A stretch of 64,000 bases of DNA, from the NCBI GenBank assembly GCA_050013575.1, contig JBEKEZ010000002.1, forward strand, positions 192,736 through 256,735, read 5' to 3'. The stretch comes from Terriglobia bacterium (GTDB taxonomy: Bacteria > Acidobacteriota > Terriglobia > UBA7540). Numbering within the stretch: position 1 is the first letter of the stretch; the number at the start of each line of letters is the position of its first letter. Made by a program: the position numbers and the translations under genes. Below the pieces are notes generated by a model. The model saw nothing but the letters and a program-made list of their open reading frames with translations, had not been told where the DNA came from and made no database searches. Below, one piece after another: positions 18,470 to 28,043 of this stretch.

Positions 18470-19984
18470 CTAGGACTCTGCGCTCTTGGCCATCAACGTT
18501 TGGGGAAGCTGTGTGATCGTCTCCCGTAGTTCTTCCCCGACCATCAGATAAGCCCCCGCCAGGAACAGCATCGACGCCAGAGCGTAAGCTAGCAGAAGTG
18601 ACATGTTCGAGCGCGCCACGGTGATCGCCAAAACAACCCAGGCAAGACCATAAGTCAGCGCGGCGAGAATAAGAGCCTTACTTATGTGGGCATACCACGA
18701 CCGTATGGGAATTCCAAGACACTCGGAACACATCCGAGGCACCCCGTAAGCGTAAGCAAAAAGGTGATAGAAGACCCAGGAAAATCCTGCCCCCGCAAGG
18801 CCGAAGAAGTAGACCAGAAGGAGTGTGACGGGCAGAACACAGAAAAGCGCATAGAAGTTCAGTCGCGCCGCGATGTCCGGCCTGCCGACAGCCAGAGAAA
18901 AAACGTAGGGAACATTCAGCGTTCCATTCATGTAGAAGCCCAGGCAGAGGAACGTCACTGGTAAAAGCAACAGCTGGGCCGCTCCGGCGTTAAGGAAATA
19001 GCTGAACACCGGAACGGTCGCAAAGAGGATGGCTGCAAAGATGGGCACTATGCCAAAGCAGAGGAAGTCCTGCAGTTTCCGATACTGCACCAACAAAGCC
19101 AGCCGATCGCTTTTTTTGAACAGGGCCGAAAGCGAAGGGAACGCCGCCTGCGCGATCGCGCTCGTTAGCAGCGTGGACCTCGAGATGGCACTATAAGCAA
19201 TGCCATAGTAGCCGAGTTCCCCCACGGGTAAAAGCTTGCTCACCATCGCCTTGTCGGACTGCGTGTGGACCATAGCCAGAATGGAGATGGAGGCCATCCG
19301 CGATGCGTAGGGGAAGTTTCGCTTCACGACTTCGAACGAATACCCGGGGACTAACGCCGGAAGAGAAAAAAAGTGCGCAGAAATCACGAAATAAGCGGCG
19401 ATGCCCAGGGCGAAACAAGCCCCAAACCAATAAGCAACGTGCATCAACCCGCCCCCGAGAACGAGGATCACAATTGTCCCGAACTGCTGAAGCGCGCCCG
19501 TCGTCACATCGATCAGGTTGTTAAACTCCATGCGCTGCAAACCACGAAGAATGCTGGTATAGAATGCCCGAGGCAACGCGAGCAGCGCCCCGATCCCTAG
19601 GATCCGCAAGACCAGGGTTGCCGCTGAAGGATCCAGCGTCTTGAGTTTGATCCACATCGTCACGAGCAAGGGCACGAAGAAATAAAGGGCCACGGCGACC
19701 ACGACATAGGCGACCCAGTAAAAGAGCGACCCGGTGCGAAGGAGCTTGGCGATATAAAGAGGTTCATCTCTGGCGTGGGCGGAGACTTCTCGCAACGTCG
19801 TCGCACCCAGCCCCATTTCCAGCACTCCCGAAAGGATGGCACTCAAGGTGGCGGTGAAGTAGATGATCCCCAGTGCGTCTTCACCCAACTGCCGGAAAAC
19901 GTACTTGACCGCCACGAAGCCCAGGACCACGAGCAATCCCTGGCCCAGGACGTTGTACGTGATGTTCTTCGACAGTCTGGACAT
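18470..19984 (-). CDS. wzx: MOP-superfamily polysaccharide flippase
   Basis: 504 aa with about 12-14 TM segments. The N-terminus MSRLSKNITYNVLGQGLLVVLGF is typical of Wzx/PST proteins. Confidence 0.8.
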   Translation of the reverse strand: MSRLSKNITYNVLGQGLLVVLGFVAVKYVFRQLGEDALGIIYFTATLSAILSGVLEMGLGATTLREVSAHARDEPLYIAKLLRTGSLFYWVAYVVVAVALYFFVPLLVTMWIKLKTLDPSAATLVLRILGIGALLALPRAFYTSILRGLQRMEFNNLIDVTTGALQQFGTIVILVLGGGLMHVAYWFGACFALGIAAYFVISAHFFSLPALVPGYSFEVVKRNFPYASRMASISILAMVHTQSDKAMVSKLLPVGELGYYGIAYSAISRSTLLTSAIAQAAFPSLSALFKKSDRLALLVQYRKLQDFLCFGIVPIFAAILFATVPVFSYFLNAGAAQLLLLPVTFLCLGFYMNGTLNVPYVFSLAVGRPDIAARLNFYALFCVLPVTLLLVYFFGLAGAGFSWVFYHLFAYAYGVPRMCSECLGIPIRSWYAHISKALILAALTYGLAWVVLAITVARSNMSLLLAYALASMLFLAGAYLMVGEELRETITQLPQTLMAKSAES

Positions 19985-19999
19985 GCGGCAGCGCTTTCC

Positions 20000-20767
20000 T
20001 CATTTTTTCTTCAGAAAAGCATCGGGCCAGTAAGTAATACCCAGATATGTAGGCTCGGGGTCGATCTCGAATTCCGGATGGGTCGCCAAGAACTCCTCAA
20101 TGGCCACGAGAGGATTATCCGTCGCCCACTCTGCCTTACCCCCTTGGACGTCATACAAATCTCGCATAATTCCGTCCGCTGCAATGATGTAACTCCCAGG
20201 CGTTACCAAGGGACCGTACATTTCAAGCTCCTGCACGACATGCGCCTTGGCATGGCACGAGTCCAAGACAACGAGGACGGTGTCCTCTGGATGGAGGAGG
20301 GATTGCACCTGAGCTACAGCCAGTGGGTCAATGGAGCTACTTTCAATCAGAGTAATCCGATCCGCCAGAAAGTGATTCTGAATGGCCTCTCGGTTCTGCG
20401 GACGGATTTCAATATCAATGGAGATGACCCGCCCTCCGCCGAGCAACTGTAGGAGGCTCGCGAAGAAAACCGATGATCCGCCGTGTGCAACACCCGTCTC
20501 GACAATAACATCAGGCTTCACCTTCCAAATCACTTCTTGGATACGGATCAAATCCTCCGGCAATTGGATAATGGGACGGCCTAACCACGTGAAGTTATAG
20601 GAGTATTTTTGCGCCCACCCGGTCTTCAACCACAGTTGGGAGATGACGCGAAAGCTCTCTTGGCTGTAAAGGCCGAAGGAGCACACCGTGCCGTTATCCT
20701 TCACGGTGTCCAGAGTCTTCTTGGCGGTATCAATCGTTATAATCATGGCTCTCCGCATCAAAAACAT
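20000..20767 (-). CDS. CmcI/cephalosporin-hydroxylase-family SAM methyltransferase (sugar O-methyltransferase-like)
   Basis: Motifs: WLGRPIIQLPEDLIRIQEVIWKVKPDVIVETGVAHGGSSVFFASLL and GRVISIDIEIR. The likely start is ATG 20746, which has a GGAGAG SD. Confidence 0.8.
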   Translation of the reverse strand: MFLMRRAMIITIDTAKKTLDTVKDNGTVCSFGLYSQESFRVISQLWLKTGWAQKYSYNFTWLGRPIIQLPEDLIRIQEVIWKVKPDVIVETGVAHGGSSVFFASLLQLLGGGRVISIDIEIRPQNREAIQNHFLADRITLIESSSIDPLAVAQVQSLLHPEDTVLVVLDSCHAKAHVVQELEMYGPLVTPGSYIIAADGIMRDLYDVQGGKAEWATDNPLVAIEEFLATHPEFEIDPEPTYLGITYWPDAFLKKK

Positions 20768-21924
20768 TCCAGAGGTGTAGAAACCCCAAGCCGCTCCAGG
20801 AGTTGGAGATTCTCCTCGCGATAGTTCGGGTTCATCAGCAGGATGCCGGCGACGGGCGATTCTCGGAGGTGGCTAGGGGCAACGATGGGGTGGCCCGTGC
20901 CCGCCACGTACCTACCCTGTTTTGCTGGATTGAGATCCACAACGTAGCGTACGTGTTCGCCCTGAGAGTCGAGCAGGTTGAGGAGGGTTGTCCCCTTTGC
21001 CGCCGCACCCCAAACGGCGCAGCCCCCCGCCGTATGGTACTCGTGGATACGACCCAGGCACGCTGATGTCCGGGCTTGAATGCCCGTCAAGAAGCTGCGC
21101 AGTTGCCGCTCCAATTCAGCCGGTTTGGCCGGCGCAGGAGCAGTTCCGGCACGGCTGTTTCCCGCTCGTCCCTCCAACCACAAGTACTGGCCGCAAAATG
21201 ACTTCTGCGCCGTCGCCACTTCAAAGCCTGCACGGTGGAATGCCCACGTCAATGTTTCCGCAGCGAAGTATGAGCAGTGCTCATAGAAGAAATCCCAAAA
21301 AGCACACTGCTCGAAAATCCAGGTAACGTCGGGGACTTCGAAAAACACTGCTGTGTGAGAGTGTTCACCCACCGCTCGCCTTATTGCGGCGAGCATCCCT
21401 ATCGGGTCCGGTACGTGTTCCAGCACATGCCGGCACACGACGAGGTCAGCCGGCGGATTATCACCCTGCCCATGGTAGAAACTTTTCACGAAGCGGAGAG
21501 TCCCACCCTCCACCACTTCGGGGCCCACGTAGCTGGGATCGTACCCCAGCCCGCGATTCTGACCGCCCCGGCAAAGGAGCCGGAGAAACGTTCCCTTGCC
21601 ACAGCCGACTTCAATAATGGTCTTGCCCTTCAAGGCGTACCGCGTGGTGAGATAGGCCGCGAGTTGCTCTAAATATTCCTGAAAAAAGGGGGAACTGGTC
21701 TGCGTGTTGTCATACTCGGCGGAATAGTGCATCCGACCGAGCTCAAACGCAGCATTGAACACAAATCCGCACGCCTGACAGAATGCGAGGGCGAGGTTGC
21801 CACGCGGACACTGTCGGGCCGCAAGCGGGTCACGCATAATGAGATTCTGGTGAACCGGAACCCCGCGACGTTCCAAGAACATTTCAGCGGCAGGTGCGCC
21901 GCAAAGCGGACAGATCAAACCCAT
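20758..21924 (-). CDS. NDP-hexose C-methyltransferase (TylC3-like), paralogue 1
   Basis: 388 aa. N-terminal zinc ribbon CPLCG...CQACG, SAM motif IIEVGCGKGTFL, and the C-terminal C-methyltransferase domain motif VWGAAAKGTTLLN. Confidence 0.8.
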   Translation of the reverse strand: MGLICPLCGAPAAEMFLERRGVPVHQNLIMRDPLAARQCPRGNLALAFCQACGFVFNAAFELGRMHYSAEYDNTQTSSPFFQEYLEQLAAYLTTRYALKGKTIIEVGCGKGTFLRLLCRGGQNRGLGYDPSYVGPEVVEGGTLRFVKSFYHGQGDNPPADLVVCRHVLEHVPDPIGMLAAIRRAVGEHSHTAVFFEVPDVTWIFEQCAFWDFFYEHCSYFAAETLTWAFHRAGFEVATAQKSFCGQYLWLEGRAGNSRAGTAPAPAKPAELERQLRSFLTGIQARTSACLGRIHEYHTAGGCAVWGAAAKGTTLLNLLDSQGEHVRYVVDLNPAKQGRYVAGTGHPIVAPSHLRESPVAGILLMNPNYREENLQLLERLGVSTPLECF

Positions 21925-21926
21925 GA

Positions 21927-22850
21927 CTAAGTTCTCTTCCAGCGTTCACGCCACCAAGCTGCCGTGCGGCGCAAACCCTCATCCAACACGAAAATCGGCT
22001 CCCAGGCAGTATGGGATTTGAGCCGTCGAACATCGGCGACCAAAAACGGCGGCTCTGCAGGGTCCGTGGGCAGAGCGCCAAAGACGGTCTTTTCACCGGC
22101 TTCGAGAATCCGTCCGAGCGTCTCCACCAGGGAACGAATCCTCACGGGTTGGCCCGAGCCGATGTTAACGGGACCTGCCAGGCTGCTCTGGGCGATGGCC
22201 CATACCGCCGCGGCCGCATCCTCCACATGAAGGAAGTCCCGAAGTTGTTCCCCTTCGGTGCATTTTGCGGTCTCCCCGCGTAAAAGCGACAAGATCACGG
22301 ACGGGACCAGCCTTTTGGGGGCCTCGCCCGGGCCGTAGAGGTAAAAGAAACGGGTCCACGCAAAGGCCAGCGATGTTTGCGCACAATATGCCTCCAGAAC
22401 TTGGCGCGTCGCGTTCTTGCAAGCGCCGTAAAGTGTCCGCGGCATGAGCGGAGTCACATCCTCAGACAAGAAACCGTAGCTCCAGTCGTATTCAGCACAT
22501 GAGCCGGCGGCCACCAGGCGGGAACATCCTGCAGCCACCAGCGCCTGGGCCAGGTTAAGGCTCATCGCTACGCAATCAAGGTTCTCAGGCGCTGTCCAAT
22601 ATTGGCCGGGCACCGCATACCACGCCAGGTGAATCGCGCACTCGGGCCGCGCCGCAGAAACAAGCTCTCGGACCGCTTGCCCGTCGCGCAAGTCAACGGC
22701 AACCACGGACAAGCGGTCCAGGACGTCCGTCAGGCGGTCGGTGGATTCCCCCGGCAGGATCGCCGCCCAAACCTCATGTCCTTCCTGGACAACCCTCCGC
22801 GTTACGTGCGAGCCGATAAATCCGGCCGCTCCTGTCACCAGCACTCTCAT
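21927..22850 (-). CDS. NAD(P)-dependent nucleotide-sugar epimerase/4-ketoreductase (extended SDR)
   Basis: 307 aa. Motifs: VLVTGAAGFIGSHV and the catalytic YGACK. Confidence 0.85.
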   Translation of the reverse strand: MRVLVTGAAGFIGSHVTRRVVQEGHEVWAAILPGESTDRLTDVLDRLSVVAVDLRDGQAVRELVSAARPECAIHLAWYAVPGQYWTAPENLDCVAMSLNLAQALVAAGCSRLVAAGSCAEYDWSYGFLSEDVTPLMPRTLYGACKNATRQVLEAYCAQTSLAFAWTRFFYLYGPGEAPKRLVPSVILSLLRGETAKCTEGEQLRDFLHVEDAAAAVWAIAQSSLAGPVNIGSGQPVRIRSLVETLGRILEAGEKTVFGALPTDPAEPPFLVADVRRLKSHTAWEPIFVLDEGLRRTAAWWRERWKRT

Positions 22851-22865
22851 GTGTTCCCCATCCAG

Positions 22866-23315
22866 CTAACGGTGCTTGACGTCCCATCTGTATGGGATGG
22901 AATTCTCAAACGGATCCATCCGCTCGCTTCGGGACGGGTCGTGGGGATGCGTGCAGCAATTGGCGACTATGGCGTACGGCCCACTCATCCCCTTGAAACC
23001 GTTCCAGATCTCCGGCGGGATGATGACTAGGCAGTAGTTATCCGGCCCTAAGAAGATCTCCATCAATTCGCCTTTCGTCGGAGAACCCTCCCGATCATCA
23101 TAGAGGACCAGCTTGATGCGGCCCTCGATACATGCATAATTCAACGTTATTTCCCGATGCTTATGCCAACCCTTGATGACGCCCGGATATACCGTCGAGA
23201 AATAAATCTCCCCAAACTGGCGAAAATGCGGGTCCGTACGTTTGAGCATGTGAAAAATCGTCCCCCGCTCATCGGGGATTCGCCGTAACGGAATGACCTG
23301 AACACCGTCGATCAT
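22866..23315 (-). CDS. RmlC-like cupin, NDP-4-keto-6-deoxyhexose 3,5-(or 5-)epimerase family
   Basis: 149 aa. Motifs: [19 protein letters not shown] and [10 protein letters not shown]. It has a 4-nt overlap with the upstream methyltransferase gene. Confidence 0.75.
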   Translation of the reverse strand: MIDGVQVIPLRRIPDERGTIFHMLKRTDPHFRQFGEIYFSTVYPGVIKGWHKHREITLNYACIEGRIKLVLYDDREGSPTKGELMEIFLGPDNYCLVIIPPEIWNGFKGMSGPYAIVANCCTHPHDPSRSERMDPFENSIPYRWDVKHR

Positions 23316-24547
23316 GGCTCCACCACGCGTGGTTCCGGGATGGGAATGATGAATCGCCCTCCTCGGCGGCGATATTCGGCCTGCTGCGCGAGAATCTCCT
23401 CGGCAAAGTTCCAGGTGAGGAGCAAAACGTAGTCCGGCATCGCCTCCAGGAGTTTCCCGGGCGGGGAAATCGGAAGGTGTACTCCCGGCATGTACCGTCC
23501 CTGTTTGTAGGTGCTCCGATCAACCACGAATTCCAAGGTCTCGCGGCCGATTCCACAATAGTTCAGCAGCGTGCTGCCTTTGGCGGCGGCGCCGTAGGCT
23601 GCCAGGCGCTTGCCCTTCCGGACAAGATCGCCAAGCAGTTTTCGGAGACTTGACTTCAGGTTTTCCACGCGCTGAGCAAAGGTCCGGTAAGCCTCCTCTC
23701 GATCGACTCCCCAGGCAGACTCCTCGGCCAGCAGCAAGCCCACCGCCGGGCTTAGGCGGGCTGTGGCCTCGGGCGCCGCAAGCAGGCGCAACGAACCGCC
23801 GTGGATGGAGAGGCGCTCCACGTCGCTGATGATCAAGCCGTGCCGCCGGAAGAGCCGATCCAACGCGGTGAGGGAAAAGTAAGAGAGGTGCTCATGATAG
23901 ATGGTGTCAAACTCGCAGCGATCGATCATCTCCTTGACATAGGGAACTTCGATGACTGCCACGCCGTCATCCTTCAACACGGTGCGCACACCACTCAAGA
24001 AGCCATTCAGGTCCGGCACGTGCGCTAAGACGTTGTTGGCGTGGAAAACGTCTGCACCCTGGCCTTCCTCTCGAAGCTTCCGGGCCAACTCCTGCCCGAA
24101 GAATTCACGGAGAGTGGGAATACCGCGCTCAGTCTCTGCCACACGGGCAACATTGAGCGCGGGTTCGATCCCGAGCACGCGGATACCGTGTTGACGATAA
24201 TACTGTAGGAGATACCCGTCATTGCTGGCTGCTTCAACCACCAGACTGTTCCCATCCAGCCGACGGGACTCAATCAGCCGCTCAGCAATCGCGCGGGCAT
24301 GGTGCAAAAGGGCGTCGGAAAACGAGGAGAAGTAGAGATAGTTACGAAACAATTTTTCAGGAGGAACCGTCTCCAGGATTTGAACCAGGGCGCAGCGGGT
24401 ACAAAAGGCCAGATCGAGCGGGTAGGTGGCCTCGGGGAGTTCAAGCTCCTCGGCAGTTGGCAAGGCGTTGGCGAGAGGAGTCCGCCCTAAGGACAGGATG
24501 GCTGCCAACGAAGATTGCCCACATGAGCGACAACCAGAATTCGTCAC
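23312..24547 (-). CDS. NDP-hexose C-methyltransferase (TylC3-like), paralogue 2
   Basis: 411 aa. Zinc ribbon CRSCG...CTRCALVQ, a SAM region [12 protein letters not shown], and the C-terminal motif [14 protein letters not shown]. Confidence 0.8.
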   Translation of the reverse strand: MTNSGCRSCGQSSLAAILSLGRTPLANALPTAEELELPEATYPLDLAFCTRCALVQILETVPPEKLFRNYLYFSSFSDALLHHARAIAERLIESRRLDGNSLVVEAASNDGYLLQYYRQHGIRVLGIEPALNVARVAETERGIPTLREFFGQELARKLREEGQGADVFHANNVLAHVPDLNGFLSGVRTVLKDDGVAVIEVPYVKEMIDRCEFDTIYHEHLSYFSLTALDRLFRRHGLIISDVERLSIHGGSLRLLAAPEATARLSPAVGLLLAEESAWGVDREEAYRTFAQRVENLKSSLRKLLGDLVRKGKRLAAYGAAAKGSTLLNYCGIGRETLEFVVDRSTYKQGRYMPGVHLPISPPGKLLEAMPDYVLLLTWNFAEEILAQQAEYRRRGGRFIIPIPEPRVVEP

Positions 24548-25539
24548 TGTTCATCGCCCCCGAAGAACTTCACGTACCAGTCAATCGTTTCCCGCAGGCC
24601 TTCGTCCAGCGTATGGAGAGGCTTCCACCCGAGTAATCGGAATGCCTTCTGGGACGACAGGTATTGATTCCGGATTTCGCCTCTCGCCTCATTAAGGACA
24701 ATCAACTCGATCTGACCGCAATTCATCAATTGGCGAATCTTGTCCACAATCTCGAGGACCGTGACGCGGGATTCGCTGCTGAAATTGAAACTTTCTCCGC
24801 GGACTTGCGTGGACTCCATGTGCTCCGCCAAGCTCAGATATGCGCGCGACACATCTTTCACGTACAGGTAGTCGCGGACGTACCGCCCGTCACTGCGTAT
24901 GACCGGCGATTCTCCCCGGTACAATGATCGGATGGTCGCGGGGACGATCCGGGTCCAATTCAGGTCTCCTCCACCGTAAACGTTACCACACCGGGCGATG
25001 GCCACAGGTAGGTTGTAGGTCCGATGGTAGGATTGAGCAATCAAATCCGCGCAGCTCTTTGACACCTCGTACGGATGCCTTCCTTGCAAAGGCATATCCT
25101 CGGTGTAAGGGAGGTGCTCTTGCTCCCCGTAGGCCTTGTCACTCGAAGCTATGACCACACGTTTCACGAGGTCAGAATGAAGGCGACAGACCTCCAGCAA
25201 ATTCCAGGTGCCGCGCACGTTGGTTTCCAAGGTCGGCAGTGGAGAGCGGGCGGCAACGCTGACAATGGCCTGAGCGCCGAGATGGATGACCGTGTCGCAC
25301 TCGTACGCCAGGACCGCGTGTTCAAGGGTCGCGAAATCCTCAAGCCTTCCATTCACCACATGGACGCGGCGGATATAATCACTGCGGTAGAGTTCCGACT
25401 GCGGGTCAGCATCGAGAACCAGCGCGATCACTTTTGCGCCGTGGTCGGCCAGGTCCTTGACCACCCACGAACCTACAATGCCGGTGGCCCCGGTCACTAG
25501 AACACACTTTTCAGTCCAGAATGCGGAGGCACCCTTCAT
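24544..25539 (-). CDS. rfbG: CDP-glucose 4,6-dehydratase
   Basis: 331 aa. [21 protein letters not shown] start, catalytic YEVSK, and translational coupling to the cytidylyltransferase gene. Confidence 0.85.
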   Translation of the reverse strand: MKGASAFWTEKCVLVTGATGIVGSWVVKDLADHGAKVIALVLDADPQSELYRSDYIRRVHVVNGRLEDFATLEHAVLAYECDTVIHLGAQAIVSVAARSPLPTLETNVRGTWNLLEVCRLHSDLVKRVVIASSDKAYGEQEHLPYTEDMPLQGRHPYEVSKSCADLIAQSYHRTYNLPVAIARCGNVYGGGDLNWTRIVPATIRSLYRGESPVIRSDGRYVRDYLYVKDVSRAYLSLAEHMESTQVRGESFNFSSESRVTVLEIVDKIRQLMNCGQIELIVLNEARGEIRNQYLSSQKAFRLLGWKPLHTLDEGLRETIDWYVKFFGGDEQ

Positions 25540-26321
25540 TCACTCCAAACCTTCCACGGGGCGCTTTTCTTCCACATCTCGTTCAGCGCCACGAAGTCCC
25601 GGTAAGTATCCATGCAGTGCCAGAACCCCTTGTGGGCATAACCCATGAGCTGGCCATCTCGGGTGAGCTGTTCCAGAGGTTCGCGTTCCAGAATGCAACG
25701 GTCCTCGTCCTGGAGATAATCGAAGAGACTCCTTCGAAAAACAAAGAACCCGCCGCTAATGAACGCATCGTGCGACTGGGGCTTTTCACTGAATTCCCTC
25801 ACCAGTCCGTCTTCGACGGCCAGCTCTCCATATCGCGAAACCGGCCGCACCCCGGTCACCGTCCCGATTTTTCCATGCGCTTGATGGAATGCCCAAAGCT
25901 TTTGGAGGTCGATATCCGCGACCCCGTCACCATAAGTCAGCATGAAGTTTTCTTCGGTAATGTACGGCTCGATTCTCTTCACACGGGCTCCAGTCATTGC
26001 CTCCAGGCCCGTGTCCGCGAAAGTGACGGACCAGTCTTCCAATAGGTTTGCATTGTGAATCTCCGGCTCCCCGCGGGACCCCAGCTTTAGAGTAAAGTCG
26101 CTGTTCATCAGCCGGTAGTTTAAGAAATACTCTTTGATCATGTGACCTTTGTAGCCCAGGCAAAGGACGAAGTTCTTGAACCCGTAATGAGAGTAAATCC
26201 TCATGATGTGCCAGAGAACAGGCTTACCGCCGATCTCGACAAGGGGCTTGGGGCGAAACTCCGTCTCTTCCCTCAGACGAGTCCCCATACCTCCGCAGAG
26301 AATTACCACCTGAGTGTTCAT
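25536..26321 (-). CDS. rfbF: glucose-1-phosphate cytidylyltransferase
   Basis: 261 aa. [43 protein letters not shown] is near-canonical RfbF. Confidence 0.9.
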   Translation of the reverse strand: MNTQVVILCGGMGTRLREETEFRPKPLVEIGGKPVLWHIMRIYSHYGFKNFVLCLGYKGHMIKEYFLNYRLMNSDFTLKLGSRGEPEIHNANLLEDWSVTFADTGLEAMTGARVKRIEPYITEENFMLTYGDGVADIDLQKLWAFHQAHGKIGTVTGVRPVSRYGELAVEDGLVREFSEKPQSHDAFISGGFFVFRRSLFDYLQDEDRCILEREPLEQLTRDGQLMGYAHKGFWHCMDTYRDFVALNEMWKKSAPWKVWSE

Positions 26322-26468
26322 AGTATCCCACCGGGGGCTTTCGTTGGTCCAGGAGTGCTCGTACCCACGACTCGCTCCAAGATTCCGGACTTATTGCGAC
26401 AGTTTAACGCTTTAGCCACCAGGAGTGTAAACTCCTTCCCCAAAGGCAAGGCGCAGGGAAGTCGGTGT

Positions 26469-26618
26469 CTAAGATGATGCCCACTGGTCGGCAGAACTTT
26501 CCCACTGTTCCTGGCCGTATTCGTACTTCCGAAGGTCTACATCGTTCAAAACCACGCCCAGGTTGGGGGCGCCCGAGCTGTAGAGCAGCGTCTTGCCGCG
26601 ACGCTTCGCAGGCGACTG
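26469..26618 (-). pseudogene. relic of the C-terminal tail of a BY-kinase (Wzc-like)
   Basis: Own translation gives ..RRGKTLLYSSGAPNLGVVLNDVDLRKYEYGQEQWESS*. It aligns with the tail of the intact Wzc in this locus (HRTLVLSGSKVLGIVVNKIDSRQNGYYYGS). It is bounded upstream by an in-frame TAG and sits in a 465-bp non-coding gap. Confidence 0.4.
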
Positions 26619-26786
26619 CTACTCTGTAAATCTTGCCCATTTCCCGACCACGGGCCTCATCCAGGTCGCAAACGGCACACAGCCTTCCACGCTGGTGGGA
26701 ATTCCAAACGAGATTCTTCCCCCACTAGCCGCAACCAACAACAGCGACCCGCGGCCCATGTTCGTGCATTGGGCTTCTCCCAGAAC

Positions 26787-27980
26787 TCAGTCGGCCATGC
26801 CGTAAAACTCAGCAATTGTCCGGATCACCTGAGCCTGCTGTTCTTCCTTCAGCTCAGGATAGATGGGAAGCGACAGCGCTTCCCGGCTTGCGGTTTCCGA
26901 ATGAGGGAACTGGCCCTCCTTGCATCCCAGGTAAGAGAAAGCGGGCTGGAGGTGCAGCGGATGCGGGTAGTAGATCTCTGTGGGGATGCCGCGGCCTCGC
27001 AAGAATTGCTGGAGGTGATCGCGTTGCTTGCTACGAATCGTGAACTGGTTGTAAACATGACGGCAATCTGCGGGCTCTGAGGGAAGTGTGATGAACTTAT
27101 TCAACCTATGCTCTATGCAAAACGCGCGATAGCGGTCAGCGTTGCGTTGACGAGCCTTTGCCCAGGATCCAAGGTGCGTCAACTTGACGCGTAAAATGGC
27201 GGCCTGCAACGCGTCCAACCGGCTGTTCATTCCAATGAGCTCGTAAGAGTATTTCTGTTTGCCTCCATGTGCGCGTAGAACCCGCAAGCGCTCTGCCATT
27301 TCGGCAGAGTTAGTCGTGATTAATCCTCCGTCGCCGGCGCCACCCAGATTCTTGGAGGGATAGAAACTGAAACAGCCGAAATGGCTCAAGCTCCCAACCT
27401 GTTTTCCCCGGTAGCACGCGCCGATCGCCTGCGCCGCGTCTTCGATGACCGCCAATCTCTTTGCATCGGCCACTTTCAACAGCGTGTCCATCTCGGCGGG
27501 AAGGCCGAATAAGTGCACCGGGATGATCGCCCTGGTCCGGAGAGTGATCGCAGACTCCACTTGAGCCGGATCGATATTGAAGGTGTCTGGAAGAATATCG
27601 ACGAACACCGGTCTTGCGCCCAAACGCGCCACTGATCCCGCCGTCGCTACAAAGGTGAAGGGGGGAACGATCACCTCATCGCCGGGGCCCACCCCCAACG
27701 CCATCAAGGCGAGCAACAGCGCGTCCGACCCGGACGCGCAACCAACCGCCGCCCCCACCCCGATCGTCTCTGCCATCTCGTTCTCGAAGGCTTGCACTTC
27801 TGAACCGAGAATAAAGGCTTGGCTGTCCATGACCCGAGAGATTGCCTGCATCACCTCACCACGAATTCCTTCAAACTGAGCTTTCAAGTCCAAAAAGTGA
27901 AATGGGGTCGCGTCTTCGCGCAGGACTTCAGAGCCAGCTTGGAGCGCTGAAGCTGAAGAAGCGTTGAGACATGATGGCAT
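26787..27980 (-). CDS. DegT/DnrJ/EryC1 family nucleotide-sugar aminotransferase
   Basis: 397 aa. Motifs: FHFLDLKAQFEGIRGEVMQAI and the PLP-lysine context SFYPSKNLGGAGDGGLITT. The Lys is retained, so an aminotransferase rather than a dehydrase is expected. Confidence 0.9.
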   Translation of the reverse strand: MPSCLNASSASALQAGSEVLREDATPFHFLDLKAQFEGIRGEVMQAISRVMDSQAFILGSEVQAFENEMAETIGVGAAVGCASGSDALLLALMALGVGPGDEVIVPPFTFVATAGSVARLGARPVFVDILPDTFNIDPAQVESAITLRTRAIIPVHLFGLPAEMDTLLKVADAKRLAVIEDAAQAIGACYRGKQVGSLSHFGCFSFYPSKNLGGAGDGGLITTNSAEMAERLRVLRAHGGKQKYSYELIGMNSRLDALQAAILRVKLTHLGSWAKARQRNADRYRAFCIEHRLNKFITLPSEPADCRHVYNQFTIRSKQRDHLQQFLRGRGIPTEIYYPHPLHLQPAFSYLGCKEGQFPHSETASREALSLPIYPELKEEQQAQVIRTIAEFYGMAD

Positions 27981-28043
27981 AAATCTCTCTATTTCCTGCG
28001 AGAAAGACTTGTCAATGGAAGAAAACCCAAAGGGGCTGTCCGC

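Noticed and set aside
26404-26640. A 78-aa ORF in the rfbF-upstream gap.
   Set aside because: It has no SD sequence, an Arg/Pro/Gly-biased composition and no motif. A different frame of the same DNA carries the BY-kinase tail relic, which explains the region better.
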